In this document: in pieces, positions 13,501-24,586 of the stretch
How the letters are laid out: each line of letters starts with the position of its first letter
Numbering within the stretch: the stretch's first letter is position 1
Source of the DNA: Macrostomum lignano
Taxonomy: Eukaryota
DNA: 64,000 nt
Assembly (NCBI GenBank): GCA_002269645.1
Contig: NIVC01001522.1
Location: 124,001 to 188,000, forward strand
Reading direction: 5' to 3'
The notes under the pieces: generated by a model
Database searches by the model: none
What the model saw: the letters and a program-made list of their open reading frames with translations, nothing else
What the model was told of the DNA's origin: nothing
Made by a program: the position numbers and the translations under genes

Positions 13501-16500
13501 CGAGGTGGCTCAATATGGCCGATGTGACTCATATGACCTGATATGACTCATTATGACCCTATGTGACTCAATATGACCTGATGTGACTCATTATGGCCCA
13601 ATGTGACTCAGTATGACCCAATGTGACCCAATGGAACCCAATATGACTCAATGTGACCTAATATGACCCGATATTACTCAATATAAAAACCGATTGATAG
13701 TATGACTCCACTTGACCTTGTATGACCTTAACTTGAATTTTCGATGACCCAAAAAACTGACCCAGCCAAACCAAGTCGTGTATATCTTAAGTTTCAACTA
13801 CTAGTAGAATGAGTCAAAGCTTCACCCCTACTATTGACTCAATATGACTCATCTCCCATTTGCCGTTCCCTCAGAGGCAGCATCAATCCGTGTCCCTCGA
13901 GTACCCCTGGAGGCGCCAAGCAGCTGCTGGAGTGCAGTCACACGGCTGAGGGTCACACCAAACCGGTGCTGGATTTGGACGTTCGAGGCGACCGAATGTT
14001 GACTGGATCCAAGGACCGGACGGCGAAATTGTGGGACCTCAGCGCTATGGCAGAGATCCGCTCGTTGGAGGATCATCACAACAATGTTTCTAAGGTAAGG
14101 GTGTCGCTTGTTTGCGATTGTGGCATCAAAATCTCACCCATGAGATAACTATGAAATCATCAAAATCTCACCCATGAAATAACTATGAAATCATCAAAAT
14201 CTCACCCATGAGATAAACTATGGAATAATCAAAATCTCACCCATGAGTTTAAACTATCGAATTATCAAAATCTCACCCATGAGATAAACTATGGAATCAT
14301 CAAAATCTCACCCATGAGATAAACTATGGAATAATCAAAATCTCACCCATGAGTTTAAACTATCGAATTATCAAAATCTCACCCATGAGATAAACTATGA
14401 AATCATCAAAATCTCACCCATGAGTTTAAACTATCGAATTATCAAAATCTCACCCATGAGATAAACTATGAAATCATCAAAATCTCACCCATGAGTTTAA
14501 ACTATCGAATTATCAAAATCTCACCCATGAGATAAACTATGGAATCATCAAAATCTCACCCATGAGATAAACTATGGAATAATCAAAATCTCACCCATGA
14601 GTTTAAACTATCGAATAATCAAAATCTCACCCATGAGATAAACTATGGAATAATCAAAATCTCACCCATGAGTTTAAACTATCGAATTATCAAAATCTCA
14701 CCCATGAGATAAACTATGAAATCATCAAAATCTCACCCATGAGTTTAAACTATCGAATTATCAAAATCTCACCCATGAGATAAACTATGGAATCATCAAA
14801 ATCTCACCCATGAGATAAACTATGGAATAATCAAAATCTCACCCATGAGTTTAAACTATCGAATTATCAAAATCTCACCCATGAGATAAACTATGGAATC
14901 ATCAAAATCTCACCCATGAGATAAACAATGGAATCAAAATCACACCCATGAGATAAACTATGGAATCATCAAAATCTCACCCATGAAATAACTATGAAAT
15001 CATCAAAATCTCACCCATGAGATAAACTATGGAATAATCAAAATCTCACCCATGAGTTTAAACTATCGAATTATCAAAATCTCACCCATGAGATAAACTA
15101 TGGAATCATCAAAATCTCACCCATGAGATAAACTATGGAATAATCAAAATCTCACCCATGAGTTTAAACTATCGAATTATCAAAATCTCACCCATGAGAT
15201 AAACTATGAAATCATCAAAATCTCACCCATGAGTTTAAACTATCGAATTATCAAAATCTCACCCATGAGATAAACTATGAAATCATCAAAATCTCACCCA
15301 TGAGTTTAAACTATCGAATTATCAAAATCTCACCCATGAGATAAACTATGGAATCATCAAAATCTCACCCATGAGATAAACTATGGAATAATCAAAATCT
15401 CACCCATGAGTTTAAACTATCGAATAATCAAAATCTCACCCATGAGATAAACTATGGAATAATCAAAATCTCACCCATGAGTTTAAACTATCGAATTATC
15501 AAAATCTCACCCATGAGATAAACTATGAAATCATCAAAATCTCACCCATGAGTTTAAACTATCGAATTATCAAAATCTCACCCATGAGATAAACTATGGA
15601 ATCATCAAAATCTCACCCATGAGATAAACTATGGAATAATCAAAATCTCACCCATGAGTTTAAACTATCGAATTATCAAAATCTCACCCATGAGATAAAC
15701 TATGGAATCATCAAAATCTCACCCATGAGATAAACAATGGAATCAAAATCACACCCATGAGATAAACTATGGAATCATCAAAATCTCACCCATGAAATAA
15801 CTATGAAATCATCAAAATCTCACCCATGAGATAAACTATCGAATTATCAAAATCTCACCCATGAGATAAACTATGGAATCATCAAAATCTCACCCATGAG
15901 ATAAACAATGGAATCAAAATCACACCCATGAGATAAACTATGGAATCATCAAAATCTCACCCATGAGATAAACTATGGAATCAAAATCTCACCCCTGAGA
16001 TAAATTATGGAATAAAAATCTCACTAATGAGATAAACTATGGAATCATCAAAATCTCACCCATGATATAAACTATGGAATCATCATCTCACCCATGATAT
16101 AAACTATGGAATCATCATCTCACCCATGAGATAAACTATGGAATTATCAAAATCTCACCCCTGAGATAAACTATGGAATCATCAAAATCTCACACATGAG
16201 ATGAACTATGGAATAAAAATCTCACTAATGAGATAAACTATGGAATCATCAAAATCTCACCCATGATATAAACTATGGAATCATCATCTCACCCATGATA
16301 TAAACTATGGAATCATCATCTCACCCCTGAGATAAACTATGGAATTATCAAAATCTCACCCCTGAGATAAACTATGAAATCATCAAAATCTCACTCATGA
16401 GATAAACTATGGAATTATCAAAATCTCACCCCTGAGATAAACTATGAAATCATCAAAATCTCACCCATGAGATAACTATGAAATCATCAAAATCTCACCC

Positions 16501-19500
16501 ATGAGATAAACTATGAAATCATCAAAATCTCACCCATGATATAAACTATGGAATCATCATCTCACCCATGATATAAACTATGGAATCATCATCTCACCCC
16601 TGAGATAAACTATGAAATCATCAAAATCTCACCCATGAGATAACTATGAAATCATCAAAATCTCACCCATGAGATAAACTATGGAATCATCAAAATCTCA
16701 CCCATGAGATAAACTATGGAATTATCAAAATCTCACCCATGAGATAAACTATGGAATCATCAAATCTTATCCATGAGATAAACTAGGGAATCATCAAAAT
16801 CTCACGCATGAGATAAACTATGGAATCATCAAAATCTCACCCCTGAGATAAACTATGGAATCAAAATCTCACCCCTGAGATAAACTATGGAATCATCAAA
16901 ATCTCACACATGAGATGAACTATGGAATAAAAATCTCACTAATGAGATAAACTATGGAATCATCAAAATCTCACCCATGATATAAACTATGGAATCATCA
17001 TCTCACCCATGATATAAACTATGGAATCATCATCTCACCCATGAGATAAACTATGGAATTATCAAAATCTCACCCCTGAGATAAACTATGGAATCATCAA
17101 AATCTCACACATGAGATGAACTATGGAATAAAAATCTCACTAATGAGATAAACTATGGAATCATCAAAATCTCACCCATGATATAAACTATGGAATCATC
17201 ATCTCACCCATGAGATAAACTATGGAATTATCAAAATCTCACCCCTGAGATAAACTATGAAATCATCAAAATCTCACCCATGAGATAACTATGAAATCAT
17301 CAAAATCTCACCCATGAGATAAACTATGAAATCATCAAAATCTCACCCATGAGATAAACTATGGAATCATCAAAATCTCACCCATGAGATAACTATGAAA
17401 TCATCAAAATCTCACCCATGAGATAAACTATGAAATCATCAAAATCTCACCCATGAGATAAACTATGGAATCATCAAAATCTCACCCATGAGATAACTAT
17501 GAAATCATCAAAATCTCACCCATGAGATAAACTATGGAATTATCAAAATCTCACCCATGAGATAACTATGAAATCATCAAAATCTCACCCATGAGTTTAA
17601 ACTAGGGAATTATCAAAATCTCACCCATGAGATAAACTATGGAATTATCAAATCTTATCCATGAGATAAACTAGGGAATCATCAAAATCTCACGCATGAG
17701 ATAAACTATGGAATCATCAAAATCTCACCCATGAGATAAACTATGGAATAAAAATCTCACCCATGAGATAAACTATGGAATCAAAATCTCACCCCTGAGA
17801 TAAACTATGGAATCATCAAAATCTCACACATGAGATAAACTATGGAATCAAAATCCCACCCATGAGATAAACTATGGAATCAAAATCTCACCCCTGAGAT
17901 AAACTATGAAATCATCAAAATCTCACCCATGAGATAAACTAGGGAATCATCAAAATCTCACCCATGAGATAAACTATGGAATCAAAATCTCACCCTAAAA
18001 CCTATGGATCCCAGGTCCGCTACTGGAGCGCCCAGCGGCTGGCCCTCACCGTGTGCAGTTTCTACATCAAAGTGTGGGACGAGAGAGTGCCGGGTCCCTG
18101 CGTTCGAACCCTGCTGTCCACCGGCCTGAGCCAAGCGGAACCGCCCGAAGTGTCCATGGGCCTGCGGCAGAATGTCTGCCCAGCTGGCGAGACCAACATC
18201 ATGGATCTGGCCTTGCCAGACAGCGGCAATGCAATGTTCTTGGCCACGGCTAACTCTGTCAAAGTCTGGGATCTCAGACGATTTGCAGCTGTTGGCAAAT
18301 TGCACGGCAGTCACCAGGCACCCGTCATGGTGCTGGCCTGCGAGAGGGCTAACGGTGAGTAGGATTTCTTGTATACATAGAGAGGGTGCATGTACGAGTA
18401 GGATAGGGTAGAAAGAGTAGAGTAGAGAGATGGTAGAGTAGGGAGCTAGATGGTAGAGTAGGGAGCTAGATGGTAGAGTAGGGAGCTAGATTGTAGAGTA
18501 GGGAGCTATATTGTAGAGTAGGGAGCTATATTGTAGAGTAGGGAGCTAGATGGTTGAGAATGGAGCTAGATGGTAGAGTAGGGAGCTAGATGGTAGAGTA
18601 GGGAGCTAGATGGTAGAGTAGGGAGCTATATTGTAGAGTAGGGAGCTATATTGTAGAGTAGGGAGCTAGATTGTAGAGTAGGGAGCTAGATGGTAGAGTA
18701 GGCCCTAGATGGTAGATGGTAGCTAGATAGTAGAGTAGAGAGAGTTGGTAGAGTAGGGAGAAAGATGGTAGAGTAGAGAGAGATGGTAGAGTAGAGAGAG
18801 TTGGTAGAGTAGGGAGAGAAAATTTAGAGTAGAGTAGGGAGAGAGAGGGTAGACTAGGGAGAGAGAAGGTAGAGTAGACAGAGTTTGGAGTAGAGAGATG
18901 GTAGAAGAGCAGGTATAGAAGCGGTTCGAGTAGTTAAATAGCAGAGCATGAAGAGAGCTTTTCTGACTATGATTCTGACTATGAATATGATTTCCATTCC
19001 ACATCAATATCGTTGCTAGGCGGTTGCCAAGTGGTCACGGGATCCAAGGATCACTACATGAAGGTGTTCTGGGTGTCGGACGGCGCCATGGGGTTGCTGA
19101 CGCCCACTGCGGACCTGCAGCCGCCTCACTACGATGGCATCGAAGCCCTGGCCTTGAACGGGTCGGCTCTGTACTCAGCTAGCCGCGATGGCGGTCTCAA
19201 AAAATGGCACTTGGGCCCGAATTGTCACCAGGTGGCCTGCGTGAACAGTGCGCACAAAGACTGGGTGCAGGGCCTGGCCCTGTCTGACGACGCTCAGCGA
19301 CTCTACTCGGCCTGTCGGAGTGGCGTGCTCAAAGTCTGGGACGCGGTGGGCGATCTGACTTGCATTGGCGAGTTGCCAACTGCGCATAATGGGGCAGCGA
19401 TTAACTCTGTGCATCAGTGCGGCGGCCGAGTGTACACGGCTTCCAAGTGAGTGCCCTATCTTAAAGTACATTAGTTAGATTAGTACTTTACTGAACGTTA

Positions 19501-20157
19501 TTTAGTAGCTTTGTACTTTTCAAGTGCATCAGAACTTTCTTTAGTACGTAAATGCACTTTTTAACTAAATTTGAACTTTAGTACATGTGTACTTTTTAAG
19601 TGTGCAAGAACTTTTTAATAGTACATGCGTGCTGTTTTGAAGTATTTCAGGAGTTTTTTATAGTACATATGCACTTTTTTAAGCTGCCATGACTTTTTAA
19701 TAGTACATGTGTACTTTTCAAGTTAACAGGACTTTTCAATGGTACATGTGTATTGTTCAAATATTCTAGGAGTTTTTATAGTACACGTGTACTTTTAAAG
19801 TTGTTAGAACTTTTTAATAGTACACATGCACTCTAAGTTGACAGGACTTTTCAATGGTACATGTGTACTTTTCACGTGCGTCTGAACTTTAATATAGTAT
19901 GGCTCTTAATTTTAAAATGAATAGGAACTTTTATTCTTCCCAAGTGGTGTCTGAACTTTTATACAGCACTTCTGTATTTTTTAGGTGCGCCTGTACTTTT
20001 AATTTGTTGTAGTACTGATGCGCATACAATCTAAATAATTATATCTACCTACAATTTCAGCGACCACACGGTGAAATTCTGGCGCGAGCCCATGCCAGGT
20101 AGCGGCGAACTCGCGACCTCAGCGGCCGATAGCGAAGGCAATTTGGACTCGCTGTGA
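3981..20157 (+). CDS. KIF21: KIF21A/B-like kinesin-4, stalk and WD40 tail (9 exons, ~1120 codons; motor-domain exons not in window)
   Basis: Exons 3981-4270, 4800-5099, 6007-6560, 7399-7837, 10626-11320, 13875-14094, 18015-18354, 19020-19446, 20061-20157. All introns are GT-AG and phase-compatible by manual translation. KIF21-like motifs: LADLQREISQKQRLI, RRKQEE|VQSLRR, SLQEAR|YLLE, RGSINP...AEGHTKPVLDLD...TGSKDRTAKLWDL, TGSKDHYMKVF, PPHYDGIEAL, SASRDGGLKKW. Confidence 0.9.
4330..4720. repeat. Degenerate TTAGT/TTAGA/TTAGG pentamer-like intronic repeat
   Basis: Visible gatttagtt-type iterations filling the intron. Confidence 0.75.
4800..5099 (+). CDS. KIF21: KIF21-like exon (coiled coil)
   Basis: AG at 4798-99, GTGAGA at 5100; EEVGKLKKA...KVTLMQKLRDE...VLRRKQEE. 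Confidence 0.9.
5117..6000. repeat. CATTGTCACTCT / CACTCT compound minisatellite (intronic)
   Basis: Directly visible. It generates the SLSLS/HCHSH ORF artefacts. Confidence 0.92.
6007..6560 (+). CDS. KIF21: KIF21-like exon (coiled coil)
   Basis: TTAG acceptor ending at 6006, GT at 6561; VQSLRRR...MKGRWDSIER...DMENWVHEREKL...SLQEA. Confidence 0.88.
6800..7110. repeat. 46-bp tandem repeat, ~7 copies (GGAACAACCGAGGAAGGTAATAAAAATTGGGCGGCGGGGACGGGGT)
   Basis: Unit starts at 6848 and 6894, giving a period of 46. Confidence 0.93.
7399..7837 (+). CDS. KIF21: KIF21-like exon
   Basis: Phase-2 join gives EAR|YLLERLYQLALDRGL; acidic/poly-Q linker; donor GT at 7838. Confidence 0.85.
7846..8670. repeat. 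~34-bp minisatellite (TTATGTTAATGACCGATCTGTGAATGACTCTAAA)
   Basis: Unit starts at 8341 and 8375. The array begins a few bases after the donor site. Confidence 0.93.
10216..10566. repeat. (CTGT)n microsatellite
   Basis: Directly visible. Confidence 0.97.
10626..11320 (+). CDS. KIF21: KIF21-like exon (low-complexity linker)
   Basis: CTACAG acceptor ending at 10625; KRKTATAEELL...NVFNRLTSG; donor GT at 11321 is phase-compatible with the next exon. Confidence 0.75.
11520..12130. repeat. 20-bp purine-rich minisatellite (GAGAGAGCGGAGAGGGGAAG), interrupted by an insertion
   Basis: Directly visible, period 20. Confidence 0.9.
11620..11792 (-). mobile_element. 5'-truncated non-LTR retrotransposon or SINE 3' end with (TAAG)n tail
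   Basis: 173-bp unique insert starting with CTTACTTACTTACTTAC, flanked by GGGAA at 11615-19 and 11793-97 (candidate TSD). Confidence 0.6.
12640..13020. repeat. ~112-bp tandem repeat, ~3.5 copies
   Basis: GGGAATTCCC...GTTGCTAAAA...CGTAAGCTGGGATCCTGTAAATGTACGTAGTGTACATAC recurs. Confidence 0.85.
13445..13680. repeat. Degenerate ~20-bp repeat (TGACTCATTATGACCCAATG-like)
   Basis: Visible iterations. Confidence 0.7.
13875..14094 (+). CDS. KIF21: KIF21-like exon (first WD40)
   Basis: RGSINPCP...LECSHTAEGHTKPVLDLDVRGDRMLTGSKDRTAKLWDL; GTAAGG donor at 14095. Confidence 0.92.
14124..17996. repeat. 35-bp satellite (CAAAATCTCACCCATGAGATAAACTATGGAATCAT), ~110 copies, with higher-order structure
   Basis: Fills almost the whole intron 14095-18014 and contains alternating variant units. 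Confidence 0.97.
18015..18354 (+). CDS. KIF21: KIF21-like exon (WD40)
   Basis: VRYWSAQRLALTVCSFYIKVWD...NSVKVWDLRRFAAVGKLHGSHQAPVM; GTGAGT donor at 18355. Confidence 0.92.
18410..18900. repeat. 20-bp minisatellite (GTAGAGTAGGGAGCTAGATG)
   Basis: Directly visible. Confidence 0.92.
19020..19446 (+). CDS. KIF21: KIF21-like exon (WD40)
   Basis: VVTGSKDHYMKVF...PPHYDGIEAL...AHKDWVQGL...VYTAS; GTGAGT donor at 19447. Confidence 0.92.
20061..20157 (+). CDS. KIF21: KIF21-like terminal exon
   Basis: TTTCAG acceptor ending at 20060; (N)DHTVKFWREPMPG...LDSL, stop TGA 20155-57. Confidence 0.85.
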
Positions 20158-20869
20158 TGCCAAACTTGTCTGCTCTGTAAATTTATTATATAAAAAATAT
20201 ATTTCACGCAGGTAGCTTCATCAGTTGTATAATTTATTTCTTTTGTCAACCAGAAGAAACCTCTTTGCTTTGGCATTTTTATATTTAATTATTATTTGCG
20301 AATCCATGCTTCAGTCCCTGCTATGCTAATAAGTTAGGGATTTGCGCCGTGAATTAGCTGTGCACGCATACTACTGACCGGCTAATTAATAAGTAGGCAG
20401 GTCAGTACATTTTTTCAGTATAAAGAGAGTAATCGATTTTTTACTGACAGTTTTGGTACATGCGCTATATGCCTTTTATAACTCTATTTATGTTTGTCAG
20501 TAGTCACGTTCGCGCACGCGTAGGTCATACCTGAATTGTCGCTGCTGTTATTTTCTCTAGTACAAATTTTCATTTAACTATCCAGTGTGACTGATTTCTA
20601 TTTTTCAGGGTTTCTGTGACCTTTTATTATTATTAATATCCTACCAGTAGCTTTCATTTGATTGACTCTTACTGTGCCCTAATATTCATTCCTGTAAGCC
20701 GGTCGCATCTCTTAATCTATAAGTAGTATGAGTAGTGTGTGAAATGCATCCCTATTTTTTATTCTGCTGTGTCATCATTCCTTATTATTATTAAACTAGA
20801 CTAGAGTTCTCTGACTTACAAACTGAATAACTTTTCAAAATATGAAGCCGGTCGCTTATGTATTGCTCC

Positions 20870-21290
20870 GTGACTCTAGACCCCGGATCAGAGAGGGCCT
20901 TGACCTCAGATACACTTATTTTGACCCCGGATCAGAGAGGGCCATGACCTCAGATGCACTTTTTTGACGTCGGATCAGAGGGTCATGACCCCAAATCAGA
21001 GAGGGTCATTACCTCAGATGCACGTTTTTGACGTCGGATCAGAGGGTCATGACCCCAGATCAGAGAGGGTCATTACCTCAGATCCACTTTTGACGTCGGA
21101 TCAGAGGGTCATGACCTCAGATACACTTATTTTGACCCCGGATCAGAGGGTCATGACATCAGATACACTTATTTTGACCCCGGATCAGAGGGTCATGACC
21201 TCAGATACACTTATTTTGACCCCGGATCAGAGGGTCATGACCTCAGATCATCTATTATGATCCCAAATCAGGGAGTCATGACCTCAGATC
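20870..21290. repeat. 42-bp tandem repeat (TGACCTCAGATACACTTATTTTGACCCCGGATCAGAGGGTCA)
   Basis: Directly visible; gives the 14-aa period of ORF 20964..21260. Confidence 0.9.
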
Positions 21291-21699
21291 GTTCCATGCA
21301 AAACATGACTTCGAAACTGTAAGGATTTTACCTAAGAAAGTGTGTTACACTACACCAGGCTTAACAAGAGTCTTCCAAACTAAAAGAGAAATTCTGGGTT
21401 AAAAATAGTTTTTTTGTTTCTTAGAATACGGTAACTATAGGATAAAAGGAACTTCTTGTGCCTATGACCTATTTCTGTAGTGACATTTTACTGTATTATC
21501 AAGCCACTCAGTTCACAAGGCCGCTGTTTAATGCACAATTGCGTTGCTATTAGTAAATATATTATTATAATATTTATTTAACATTCAAAAATTGTGATAA
21601 CGGCTTCATTTCTGTTTTAACCTAAAAAAATTTACCTGTGCAGTGTGCAGCCTTGACCAGAGTTTGTTATTTCAGATCCCTGACATCTCTCCCTCTGTG

Positions 21700-22200
21700 T
21701 ATCTCATGTCTTTCATGTCTCCCTAACACCCTAACATTTCTTCCTCTCGTGTCTCTTGTCTCGCATGTTTTTCATGTCTCTCATGTCTTTCACGTCTCCC
21801 TCTCATGTCTCGCATGTCTCCCGCTCATGTCTCTCATGTCTTTCACGTCTCCCTCTCATGTCTCGCATGTCTCCCGCTCATGTCTCTCATGTCTTTCACG
21901 TCTCCCTCTCATGTCTCGCATGTCTCCCGCTCATGTCTCTCATGTCTTTCACGTCTCCCTCTCATGTCTCGCATGTCTCCCGCTCATGTCTCTCATGTCT
22001 TTCACGTCTCCCTCTCATGTCTCGCATGTCTCCCGCTCATGTCTCTCATGTCTCGCATGTCTCCCTCTCATGTCTTTCATGTCTCCCTCTCATGTCTCTC
22101 ATGTCTCTCATCTATCCCTATCAACCCTCTCATCTCGCCCTCGTGTCTCTTATGTCTCTCATCTCTCCCTCATCTCTCCATCTCATCTCTTTCATTTTTC
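21700..22200. repeat. CATGTCTC-based repeat with a 53-bp period
   Basis: TTTCACG recurs at 21841 and 21894. Confidence 0.88.
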
Positions 22201-22689
22201 CCTCTTAACTCTTTACAATCTGTGTAAATAGTCTAATCTCTATCCCTTACCTCGCATATTCGGGTGGGTACACACTCAGCATCCACATATTTGCGTCAAT
22301 AATTACAGAAAGAATCTTTAAAGATGTACTAAATTTTTCTCTCAAAAAAATTAACCACATACTTGGACGTAGAAATATGAAATAGGCAATGAATCTCACC
22401 CTTTTATTGACATGGAAATTGTGCCACAGAGCAAAACGCAACACTAAAAGCTGGCACGATACACTTAGGTTTATTTTTTCTGCTTCTTTACCTCGTCCAC
22501 GTCACACCCTTGAATGAACATTTCGCTGCAGTGTTTCCGAGTCGTAAAAAGATCCAGTTAATTACTGTCTGTCTTAGAAGAACTGTGCTAGTGCCATGCT
22601 GGCTTCGCATTTTGTCAACAATAGCTATAAGAACTGCAAGGGCAGTTCATCACGTGACAATTTTGTTACATGTTTTGTTGGGCCTAGGA

Positions 22690-24066
22690 GACAAGGGCGC
22701 GCCCTCCAAGAGGACCAGGGGCGCCCACCAAGAGACAGGGGCGCCCATGCCAAGAGACAGGGCGCCCATCAAGAGAGGGGCGCCCACCAGGAGACAGGGG
22801 CGCCCACCAAGAGACAGGGCCACCCACCAAGAGACAGGATCGCCCACCAGGAGACAGGGGCGCCCATGCCAAGAGACAGGGGCGCCCATCAAGAGAGGGG
22901 CGCCCACCAGGAGACAGGGGCGCCCACCAAGAGACAGGGGCGCCCACCAAGAGACAGAGCACCCACCAAGAGACAGGGCCACCCACCAAGAGACAGGATC
23001 GCCCACCAAGAGACAGGGTCGCCCACCAAGAGACAGGTTCGCCCACCAAGAGACAGGGTCGCCCACCAACAGACAGGGGCGACCACCAAGAGACGGCCGG
23101 GTGCCCTCCAAGAGACAGGGGCGCCCACCAAGAGACAGAGCACCCACTGAGAGACAGGGGCGCCCACCAAGAGACAGGGGCGCCCACCAAGAGACAGAGC
23201 ACCCACTGAGAGACAGGGGCGCCCACCAAGAGACAGGGGCGCCCACCAAGAGACAGAGCACCCACCAAGAGACAGGGCCACCCACCAAGAGACAGGATCG
23301 CCCACCAAGAGACAGGGTCGCCCACCAAGAGACAGGTTCGCCCACCAAGAGACAGGGTCGCCCACCAACAGACAGGGGCGACCACCAAGAGACGGCCGGG
23401 TGCCCTCCAAGAGACAGGGGCGCCCACCAAGAGACAGGGGCGCCCACCAAGAGACGGGCGCCAACCAAGAGACAGGATCGCCCACCAAGAGACAGGATCG
23501 CCCACCAAGAGACAGGGTCGCCCACCAAGAGACAGGTTCGCCCACCAAGAGACAGGGTCGCCCACCAACAGACAGGGGCGACCACCAAGAGACGGCCGGG
23601 TGCCCTCCAAGAGACAGGGGCGCCCACCAAGAGACGGGCGCCAACCAAGAGACGGGCGCCCACCAAGAGACAGGGGCGCCCACCAAGAGACAGGGGCGCC
23701 CACCAAGAGACGGGCGCCCACCAAGAGACAGGGGCGCCCACCAAGAGACGGGCGCCCACCAAGAGACGGGCGCCCACCAAGAGACAGGGGCGCCCACCAA
23801 GAGACAGGGGCGCCCACCAAGAGACGGGCGCCCACCAAGAGACAGGGGCGCCCACCAAGAGACGGGCGCCCACCAAGAGACGGGCGCCCACCAAGAGACA
23901 GGGGCGCCCACCAAGAGACAGGGGCGCCCACCAAGAGACAGGGGCGCCCACCAAGAGACGGGCGCCCACCAAGAGACGGGCGCCCACCAAGAGACGGGCG
24001 CCAACCAAGAGACGGGCGCCAACCAAGAGACAGGCGCCCACCAAGAGACGGGCGCCCACCAAGAGA
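22690..24066. repeat. GC-rich 18-20-bp minisatellite (CGCCCACCAAGAGACAGGGG)
   Basis: Directly visible; explains the overlapping ORFs on both strands. Confidence 0.95.
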
Positions 24067-24586
24067 CCAGACCAAACAGTGACGCCCCCTACGGTTGCGG
24101 CCCTCGAATTGAAGAGAAGTATTCCACCGGGCTTTAATTCTCTACACTAAGCACTATCTCTGTCTCACTGAAAATAGCTGATCAAAACATGATGGAAACC
24201 ACGTGAGAAAGCTTGGCCACCCAGACTCAAGCCAAAGACCATGAGCTTAAGCAAAGGCCATGACAAAAGCTGTAAAAGTATTACTCATTGTTCCAGAACT
24301 TTCCACGGCCTGTAAACACTGGCGGCTGCAATTCATTGTAAAAAATCTCGTACCCTGCCCGGGCGACCCAAATTAATTTGGGGCAACTTCTAAATTTAGA
24401 ATTTCGCTTGGCAAAAACAAGAGGAAAGAGGGCGGGGAGAGAGTGGAAATGTACGCAGCGTCCCAGGGGTTCACATAGAAAACTCGCGGTAGGGCAAGCC
24501 CTGGAACAATCATAAAAAGGCCAAATTGGAAGCCGGGGCAAGACTAGCAGGCTTATTTTGCTTCTTCTGGCAAAAATTCTTTTGAT

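Noticed and set aside
14124-17996. CRISPR-like regular array of ~35-bp repeats
   Set aside because: Units are head-to-tail with no unique spacers, there are no cas genes, and the context is a eukaryotic intron.
22510-24150. Long overlapping ORFs on both strands (546, 470, 463 aa)
   Set aside because: Products of the GC-rich 18-20-bp minisatellite; no domain content.
24288-24510. 10-bp inverted repeat ATTGTTCCAG...CTGGAACAAT as a MITE
   Set aside because: Too short and no convincing TSD.
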